This document shows, piece after piece, positions 26,499 to 32,000 of a DNA stretch of 32,000 bases. Source of the stretch: Massilicoli timonensis (GTDB taxonomy: Bacteria > Bacillota_I > Bacilli_A > Erysipelotrichales > Erysipelotrichaceae). The position numbers and the translations under genes were made by a program. The stretch covers positions 663,272 to 695,271 of the forward strand of contig NZ_LT963434.1 in assembly GCF_900199515.1 (NCBI RefSeq), in the 5' to 3' direction. The stretch's first letter is position 1. The number at the start of each line of letters is the position of its first letter. The notes under the pieces were generated by a model. It saw nothing but the letters and a program-made list of their open reading frames with translations, was not told the origin of the DNA and searched no databases.

Positions 26499-26679
26499 TT
26501 ATTTATCTTTATCACTACGAACAAGTACTGCCATTCCTTTCACATCTACGAAACTTTCCTGCTTGCATTTCGGGCAGTATAAAGGTTTTTTTCAGTTCTG
26601 TATCTTCTCGTATCATTGTGTGTGTTTTCCCACCGCAAACAGGACATAAAACCCTTTCTTCCTTGTTCAGAGTCACCAA
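26499..26679 (-). pseudogene. Cysteine-rich KTR-domain (zinc-ribbon) gene interrupted by a frameshift in an A7 run
   Basis: Frame A reads (L/V)TLNKEERVLCPVCGGKTHTMIREDTELKK and runs into the homopolymer (T7 on the plus strand, 26586-26592). The second CxxC half, PLYCPKCKQESFVDVKGMAVLVRSDKDK*, continues in a different frame. Removing one A restores a roughly 60-aa protein that resembles the small KTR proteins I recall from Firmicutes conjugative elements. Confidence 0.65.
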
Positions 26680-26696
26680 CTTTTTCTCAAGCGCCC

Positions 26697-27224
26697 TTAT
26701 TTCTCAAGATAGTCTATTAAGGGTACCAAATATTTTTCATCTGTCCAATCGCAGCTTTGTCCTACTGCACACATAAGTGCTTTCATCCATGGTTCATATG
26801 TGTCTGGATTTCTTTTTGCCACCGACTTTTGAAGTATTTTACACAAAGTCCTGTCTATAAATTTCATCTTACTTTCATCCCAAGCACCTCTACCATAAAA
26901 AAGCGGAATCTCTCTTAAATCCCCTGTTAAATTGTGTGTCTTGATTTCCGCAAACGCACTTTCGTCATAAGGTGAGGCACCAACACAGAATATCGCTATT
27001 TTCTTATTTCTCAAACTATTTATATTCTTTTTTAAGAAAGATAAGCCTGCTATTCCAGAGGCATATATACCACCACATAATAAGACTACTTCATAATTCA
27101 TCACTTCACTAATCAACGCTTTCGGAGTTTCAGCACATTCAAAACCTGTCATCTTGCGTAGCCATTCAACATATTTTTTTGTAGCTCCATATTTCGATTG
27201 ATAAATAATAATCCCTTTTTTCAT
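26697..27224 (-). CDS. Flavodoxin-domain protein
   Basis: MKKGIIIYQSKYGATKKYVEWL is an FMN-binding-loop-type N-terminus. VVLLCGGIYASG and IAIFCVGASP follow. 175 aa. Confidence 0.7.
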   Translation of the reverse strand: MKKGIIIYQSKYGATKKYVEWLRKMTGFECAETPKALISEVMNYEVVLLCGGIYASGIAGLSFLKKNINSLRNKKIAIFCVGASPYDESAFAEIKTHNLTGDLREIPLFYGRGAWDESKMKFIDRTLCKILQKSVAKRNPDTYEPWMKALMCAVGQSCDWTDEKYLVPLIDYLEK

Positions 27225-27266
27225 AGTCGATACCTTTCTTTCAAAATAGTTTATCTGCTTTTATGA

Positions 27267-27833
27267 TTATTCTTCAGAACATAATGCCTGTCTTAAAAAT
27301 GCTTCATAGGCAATTTCTTGCTGCGTATATATTTCATCTGTGGAAATCCCCGGTGTAGTTACTGAAAATATAGTGCCGATACCGATGGTATAAATCAGCA
27401 TATTCAAGTGTAGCCGTTTTGCCTGTTTTATACTGATATTCAATTTTTCCGCGATAAATTCAGCCATATGAGGATTCGTTTCTGATTGATACAAGTCGTT
27501 CAATGAAGAAATCCCCACTCTTTGATGTAAAATGAATATTCTGAATAAGTGAGGCTCCTCTTGCGCTAAACGAATGTATGAATTACCTGTACTCCGAAAC
27601 AGATCGTCTTTGTTAATGTGCGTTGCTACATATTCCCGTATAAAGCAATTGATCTGTTCAACCACATCTTGCCGCAGCCCATCCATATTTTTGCAATAAC
27701 TGTAAATGGGCTGAACAGAACACCCTATTTTATCAGCAATATTTTTTACCATTACCTGCTCCATACCGCTTTTCCTTGCAATCTCAAAAGCAGCATTAAC
27801 AACCATTTCTTTTGTAATTCTCTGTTTTGGCAT
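27267..27833 (-). CDS. TetR/AcrR family transcriptional regulator
   Basis: N-terminal HTH: ITKEMVVNAAFEIARKSGMEQVMVKNIADKIGCSVQPIYSYCKNMDGL. The C-terminus is helical. 188 aa. Confidence 0.9.
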   Translation of the reverse strand: MPKQRITKEMVVNAAFEIARKSGMEQVMVKNIADKIGCSVQPIYSYCKNMDGLRQDVVEQINCFIREYVATHINKDDLFRSTGNSYIRLAQEEPHLFRIFILHQRVGISSLNDLYQSETNPHMAEFIAEKLNISIKQAKRLHLNMLIYTIGIGTIFSVTTPGISTDEIYTQQEIAYEAFLRQALCSEE

Positions 27834-27844
27834 TTCCTACCTCC

Positions 27845-27889
27845 TGTATAATACAGTTATATAATCTTTTTATATAACTGTATTATACA
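27845..27889. promoter_or_regulatory. Perfect 19-bp inverted repeat (two nested CTGTAT-A/T-ATACAG dyads): candidate TetR operator/promoter
   Basis: TGTATAATACAGTTATATA (27845-27863) and its exact reverse complement (27871-27889), starting 12 nt upstream of the tetR start codon. Confidence 0.6.
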
Positions 27890-27922
27890 ATGAAATTGTT
27901 ATTTGTCAATTACGAAACAAAC

Positions 27923-27948
27923 AAAAAAGGCAGAGATTTCTCCCTGCC
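27923..27948 (-). terminator. Terminator following the TnpV remnant
   Basis: Minus strand: GGCAGGGAGAaatcTCTCTGCC-type stem followed by TTTTTTG. Confidence 0.5.
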
Positions 27949-27957
27949 GCTTTGGTC

Positions 27958-28251
27958 TTATACGAAGATGATTTCTTTCTCCACAATTTCCAATGCACGC
28001 CCAAATATTATTCATTCTTTTCGTCCATTCTAAGGCGTTTTCTTCCTTTAGACAACGTACTGTTTCATCTGCTCTGTAAGTGTTTCAAAGCGTTCCTGTG
28101 CCTCCCTGTCAATGTCGGCAAGGTAAGTATTCAGTTTTCCTCTTGTAAGCAGATTTGTGCAGGTAAGCCTTTGATATTCCTTTAAGTGCGCAAACCCACA
28201 TAAATACAGTGTTTTTACGACATGCAAATTATTCGACTTGGATAGCACCAT
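27958..28251 (-). pseudogene. Decayed TnpV-like (transposon-associated) gene
   Basis: The listed 67-aa ORF contains HLKEYQRLTCTNLLTRGKLNTYLADIDREAQERFETLTEQMKQ. My translation beyond its stop gives ENALEWTKRMNNIWAC, and after another frame change ALEIVEKEIIFV*. The pieces are co-linear with my recollection of TnpV (..NLLTSGKLN.YLADID.QAQERF...ENALEW..RMNNIRA...EIVEKEIIF.). There are at least two disruptions. Confidence 0.65.
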
Positions 28252-28409
28252 TAAACATTAAACATATTTGTTCACATAACATATACTATTTAACTATTTT
28301 TAGCATGCTTTATCTCAATTATACTGACTATATGACCTAATGGTATCAAAACGGCAGCAAAAACAAAAATCAATTTATTTTTCTAAATCATTCAGTAAAA
28401 CAAATTCAC

Positions 28410-28440
28410 AAGTAAGTATTTAAAAGTAGTTTACTTACTT
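28410..28440 (-). terminator. Hairpin overlapping the effector stop codon (weak terminator candidate)
   Basis: Perfect 9-bp arms AAGTAAGTA / TACTTACTT with a 13-nt loop. The tail on the minus strand is only moderately T-rich. Confidence 0.35.
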
Positions 28441-29342
28441 CTAAGGTTTACTGTATATTGCTCTCCAACATATGAAACTTTCATTAGCTTTCCTTCTTCT
28501 TCTTGAATAATCTTTTTTGTATGATCTGCAATAACTTCTGCAAGTCTATTATTTTTAGTATCAACTCCTAAAGAAACAATTTCTTCCGCTGTTGCAAAAC
28601 AATATAAACTAGTCCCATTTTCATTTTCCATCAATAATCTCAAATCAGCTTCTTGTTCCTCCGTAAGAATAAGCTCTACTATATCCGCTAAAAGTAGTTC
28701 ATAGGTTTGAAAATGTTCACTAAATTTCACTGTAGTCATATGTCTCCCACAGTAGCGATATGAAATTTGATTCCAATCCAATATTTCTTTTTCTACTATT
28801 TCTTCCTCAAATTCTCTACTTAGATTATATATTTTCTCTCTTTCAGCTCTCTTGTCAAAATGCTTTATAAATTTGCGAAGATATTTATTTTCTAATCTAA
28901 GACGATAATCATTGCGAGAGGAACTGTCAATAGATATTTTATCGTCATCTTTAATTTGGAAAAGATTTTTCATCAACATTTTTTCATTTTCATAAAATTT
29001 ATAAACACCTCCAACTGGTTGATATTTTCCTGTCCCTCGCTCATTTTTAACCAAAAAATATTTATCATCGACTTTAATTCTATAAAGATATGCAAAAGAA
29101 ACACGTATAATTGTGTCATTTTTAATAAGCTTACCTCGTTCAAGTTTCCTTTGAGAATTTTTCCAATCAGTATCATCAAAAATATTTTGTAATGAGAACC
29201 AAAGAGCTGGAAGAGAAAATCCAGTAAATATACCAGCAATACTACTTCCAGCAGGCCAATCCTTAATTTCAAAAATTAATATGGTAAGTAGTAATGCTAT
29301 TGATATAATCACTAATACAATACTTTTCAAAATTTTCTTCAT
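28431..29342 (-). CDS. 2TM membrane protein with NUDIX-like cytoplasmic domain; putative effector of the adjacent cyclase (resembles the 'SMODS-associated NUDIX' class)
   Basis: Two N-terminal TM helices (SIVLVIISIALLLTILIFEI; IAGIFTGFSLPALWFSL). Then VSFAYLYRIKVDDKYFLVKNERGTGKYQPVGGVYKF and a degenerate Nudix-box-like REFEEEIVEKE. The ATG lies 1 nt after the cyclase stop, with SD GGAAGGA inside the cyclase gene. Confidence 0.6.
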   Translation of the reverse strand: MKKILKSIVLVIISIALLLTILIFEIKDWPAGSSIAGIFTGFSLPALWFSLQNIFDDTDWKNSQRKLERGKLIKNDTIIRVSFAYLYRIKVDDKYFLVKNERGTGKYQPVGGVYKFYENEKMLMKNLFQIKDDDKISIDSSSRNDYRLRLENKYLRKFIKHFDKRAEREKIYNLSREFEEEIVEKEILDWNQISYRYCGRHMTTVKFSEHFQTYELLLADIVELILTEEQEADLRLLMENENGTSLYCFATAEEIVSLGVDTKNNRLAEVIADHTKKIIQEEEGKLMKVSYVGEQYTVNLRSK

Positions 29343-29343
29343 A

Positions 29344-30711
29344 TTATATCCTTCCTATCGGTACATTTATTCTTTTTCTTGCGACGCAGATGCCCTCTTT
29401 AACAATATAACACTCAATATAATGATTCCCAAAAAAACTGCTATGCTCTACTATACTATTTCCTTTTTCTACAATTTGGCCTCTAAGCTGATTTCTTCGT
29501 TCTGCTTCAGGTCCAACATTTTTAACTTTCCAGAAAACCTTATATGGTACTGGACAATTTGTATATTCCATCTCACATTCTATTTTAAAATTATGTGGCA
29601 AATAACGCCTTAATGTTGATAAAAACTCTAAAAGAGGTTTAGGTCGCCATCCATCACCACTAACATTACAGGATACATTACAACGATATGAAAGATTCAC
29701 TGGATATAATTCTTCAATATATTCTTCAGTATCCACATATGAAGAAATAGGTTTTGTTAACAATCCTAAAGAACTATTAGCAGTTTCATTAATTTGATCA
29801 CTCCAATACTGATGATTAAAAAAGCCATACCAAGCTTGAAACGCATCAGATTTAGTACATTCATCTTTAAATAATACATCTAAATCTTCAAGTTTACTTT
29901 TTAACCTATTTTTAAAATTAATCATTTTTTGTTCATCACTTTTTCTTGGTGTTAAATCTCTACCATCATCAACAGGAGCAATAACAGAAGTATCAATTTC
30001 TAATCTATTCACAATTTCTTTCATCGTATAATAAAAAAGTTCATCAATTCTTTCATATGAATCTTGCAACTTTTCATCACACAAAATTGTTTGAATTAAT
30101 CCACTAGGCATATTTTTCCATGAAGATCGAGATTTACAAAACATTTTGGACAAGCGAACTATTTTTCTAAGTTTTCCATCTGAATTGTCATTTTGTGTTT
30201 GAAACCATTCTGTTAAACCTTTAAGTTCCCTTTTTGTCCATTCATTTCCAGCATGTTCATAAATCCAACTATCACTTTGAGTATCATATGTTCTTCTATA
30301 GACAGCAAAATCAATATGATAACCCTCTACGTATTTTATCCTAACACAACTTGTTTTCACTTCTGGTTCAGCATTGAATTGTTTTGTTTTTCTTTTGAGT
30401 GCATTAGCAACCATATTCCTAGTTGCTTGAGCCCCTTTATCCCCAAGAGATGTTTTATCAAAAACAATTGCAACATCTATATCATAATCACCCTCATCAT
30501 TTTGAATGATTGTAGATATTGCCATACTACCTTGTACACATGTTTCTACAATAGAATACGCTGTATCATATTCATCATTGTATTCCTTTAGTCCATCCTT
30601 CAAACGTTGTATATTTAAGTTCTTTTTTGCATATAAGTTATCTTGGTTTCCTTGAGATAAAACAACATGCGAACTGTAAAATTCATTAAATTTAGACGAT
30701 AAATCAAACAT
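29344..30711 (-). CDS. cGAS/DncV-like nucleotidyltransferase (CD-NTase / SMODS) with a roughly 150-aa C-terminal sensor-like extension (AGS-C-like)
   Basis: Pol-beta NTase triad in CD-NTase spacing: VQGSMAISTII (G-S), EGDYDIDVAIVF (DxD), GYHIDFAVYRR (third Asp). The C-terminal region is YRCNVSCNVSGDGWRPKP...PYKVFWKVKNVGPEAERRNQLRGQIV...HYIECYIVKEG. Confidence 0.8.
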   Translation of the reverse strand: MFDLSSKFNEFYSSHVVLSQGNQDNLYAKKNLNIQRLKDGLKEYNDEYDTAYSIVETCVQGSMAISTIIQNDEGDYDIDVAIVFDKTSLGDKGAQATRNMVANALKRKTKQFNAEPEVKTSCVRIKYVEGYHIDFAVYRRTYDTQSDSWIYEHAGNEWTKRELKGLTEWFQTQNDNSDGKLRKIVRLSKMFCKSRSSWKNMPSGLIQTILCDEKLQDSYERIDELFYYTMKEIVNRLEIDTSVIAPVDDGRDLTPRKSDEQKMINFKNRLKSKLEDLDVLFKDECTKSDAFQAWYGFFNHQYWSDQINETANSSLGLLTKPISSYVDTEEYIEELYPVNLSYRCNVSCNVSGDGWRPKPLLEFLSTLRRYLPHNFKIECEMEYTNCPVPYKVFWKVKNVGPEAERRNQLRGQIVEKGNSIVEHSSFFGNHYIECYIVKEGICVARKRINVPIGRI

Positions 30712-30899
30712 TTTTCAACCTAATATATATACATGACAATGTAAATGCCACTTATAAATATACCTTTTCCTTTCTATCAACATTTACTCATAGTTGATTT
30801 TATTTAACAATTTCATATTGATTTGACCAAGAGATTTAAATATGTTATTCTTAACGAGATGAAATCATTATGCAAATAGCATATTTGAATCTCAGAACG

Positions 30900-30932
30900 C
30901 ATTATTAAGTTATTGCCACTAACTTAATGATG
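30900..30932. promoter_or_regulatory. 13-bp-arm inverted repeat in the ImmA/cyclase intergenic region (operator candidate)
   Basis: CATTATTAAGTTA-ttgccac-TAACTTAATGATG, with 12 of 13 positions complementary. No U-tract follows on the minus strand, so it is not a canonical terminator for the upstream genes. Confidence 0.4.
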
Positions 30933-30983
30933 TGTTTTTATTTACATCCATTTTGCATCACCTCCTTAAAGAAGAATCTTATA

Positions 30984-31652
30984 TCAATACCATGAATCTC
31001 TTTCATGTTGTAATTCTTCTTCCATATATGGATCATAATAGTCTACTCTTTTTGGAGCAATTGAATCTATAAATGTTTGATACTTTAAAACAATACTTTC
31101 ATCAATTACTCTCTCGTCATAAGAGCGATGACTAAAGTCTATTTTTCGAAGTGTATCCAATCGCTTTTTGGCTGCCGTTTTAGACACTTTAAACCAAGAC
31201 ATCAAATTTTCAACGGTAATTTGCTTTCCTCTATTTATTAACTCATTGATAATTTGTTCTGGCATTAACATCTGTGCCGCAAAAAAGTTCGTTTCAACTT
31301 CATAAATTCCATACATATTTTTATTATCTAAATCATGATTCAATTGAATATGACCAAATTCATGATTTAGACTAAAACGTTGTCTCTCTTTACTAGAAAT
31401 TTCTTCATTATAGAAAATTATTCCTTTTCCCTCTAAATTTTGATAAATTGCATCTTGAGAACCAAATGTTTTAATATCTATACCATACATTCCTGCTTTT
31501 AAGTAACTTCGACATGCAATATTAGTTTTCTCCTTAATAACCTTTTTTATTGAAAAGGGAAAAGTTTCTATAACAATTGAAGACACTAAAACATCATTTG
31601 CTTTTTCCAACGCTTTTTTAAAATCTGGTTTTAAGCAATCACTATAAATCAT
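30984..31652 (-). CDS. ImmA/IrrE-family zinc metallopeptidase
   Basis: HExxH motif in SLNHEFGHIQLNHDL, followed by FAAQMLMPE, which is typical of ImmA/IrrE. ATG 31652 is the preferred start (GAGGGGG plus 6 nt). It overlaps the XRE stop, which implies translational coupling. Confidence 0.85.
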   Translation of the reverse strand: MIYSDCLKPDFKKALEKANDVLVSSIVIETFPFSIKKVIKEKTNIACRSYLKAGMYGIDIKTFGSQDAIYQNLEGKGIIFYNEEISSKERQRFSLNHEFGHIQLNHDLDNKNMYGIYEVETNFFAAQMLMPEQIINELINRGKQITVENLMSWFKVSKTAAKKRLDTLRKIDFSHRSYDERVIDESIVLKYQTFIDSIAPKRVDYYDPYMEEELQHERDSWY

Positions 31653-32000
31653 CATCTTCCCCCTCATCATCATTAAATATATCGTCAAAAACAACTTTTA
31701 GCATTTTTTCTGCTTTTTGAATCTGTTGGTCATCAAGTTGTTCCAAACCACGTTGGATATATGAAAGTTTTTTATTCACTGTTTCAATTTCATCTTCTAC
31801 TCGATTTCCTAATAGATCATCAATAGAAATACTATATAATTTTGATATTTTTAATAAAATATCATCTCGAGGTACAACTCCTTTATTTTCCCACATACTA
31901 ACTGCACCTTTTGTAACGCCTAGTTGATCCGCAATTTCTTGCATAGTAAATTTGTTGTTACTACGTATTCGCTTAATTGCTTTACTAAACTCTTTATTCG
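31642..32000 (-). CDS. XRE-family helix-turn-helix repressor (5' end beyond the window)
   Basis: The frame is open to nt 32000 (NKEFSKAIKRIRSNNKFT precedes the listed Met). HTH: MQEIADQLGVTKGAVSMWENKGVVP. The C-terminal tail is acidic. Confidence 0.85.
   Translation of the reverse strand, partial: NKEFSKAIKRIRSNNKFTMQEIADQLGVTKGAVSMWENKGVVPRDDILLKISKLYSISIDDLLGNRVEDEIETVNKKLSYIQRGLEQLDDQQIQKAEKMLKVVFDDIFNDDEGEDDDL

Larger units (their letters stand above)
21453..32000. mobile_element. Putative horizontally acquired genomic island abutting the tRNA-Ser 3' end (far boundary outside the window)
   Basis: There is an abrupt shift to AT-rich composition directly after the tRNA. The cargo is TA, defence-type and regulator genes plus three decayed ICE/transposon-associated genes. 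No integrase or att repeat is visible inside the window. Confidence 0.5.

Noticed and set aside
26414-26776. 120-aa ORF on the + strand
   Set aside because: It has no RBS and a low-complexity sequence. It lies antisense to the KTR zinc-ribbon remnant and the flavodoxin 3' end, which give recognisable translations.
28956-30591. Several 78-112 aa + strand ORFs (28956..29192, 29281..29613, 30253..30591)
   Set aside because: They are AT-rich antisense frames of the cyclase and effector genes. Their sequences are Ile/Phe/Asn-rich and they have no start context.
1-32000. CRISPR arrays, rRNA genes, intact IS elements, transposases or integrases
   Set aside because: I looked for regularly spaced direct repeats, rRNA-like conserved blocks, and DDE, tyrosine or serine recombinase motifs in the ORF track. 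None was found. Only decayed accessory genes of mobile elements are present.

Overview
The window looks like a Bacillota (low-GC Gram-positive) chromosome segment: AGGAGG-type ribosome-binding sites, stem-loop/T-tract terminators and a mannose-family PTS. It falls into two compositional parts.

Part A (about nt 1-21450) has spot counts of single 60-nt lines in the high-40s %GC and reads as core genome. It contains:
- a Tex 3' fragment and an ECF sigma/anti-sigma pair
- an 866-aa TetM/EF-G-like GTPase fused to a Rae1/YacP-type NYN RNase domain
- pflB preceded by a ZTP (pfl-motif) riboswitch
- a dGTPase-like HD hydrolase, two MATE exporters (one behind a MerR-type 19-bp-spacer promoter), a hotdog thioesterase and tRNA-Trp
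- a mannose-family PTS operon (IIB'-IIA'-IIB-IIC-IID-IIA-AgaS-like isomerase) plus a PRD-domain regulator

Part B (nt about 21453-32000) starts directly after tRNA-Ser(CGA). It is visibly AT-rich (spot counts about 22-40 %GC) and mosaic, like an integrated island. It contains:
- a DinJ/YafQ toxin-antitoxin pair
- a WYL regulator followed by a GNAT(YoaP-like) gene and an SPL-type radical SAM gene
- three decayed mobile-element genes (RhuM, cysteine-rich KTR, TnpV), a TetR-flavodoxin unit and an unannotated 28-codon membrane-peptide gene
- at the far end, the most interesting locus: an XRE repressor and ImmA/IrrE metallopeptidase pair upstream of a two-gene cyclic-oligonucleotide signalling operon. 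That operon encodes a CD-NTase/SMODS cyclase with a C-terminal sensor-like extension and a 2TM protein with a NUDIX-like domain. It has a minimal type I CBASS-like architecture, and I know of no experimental work on this effector type.

No CRISPR array, rRNA, intact transposase or integrase is visible. All homology statements come from recalled family motifs, not database searches.
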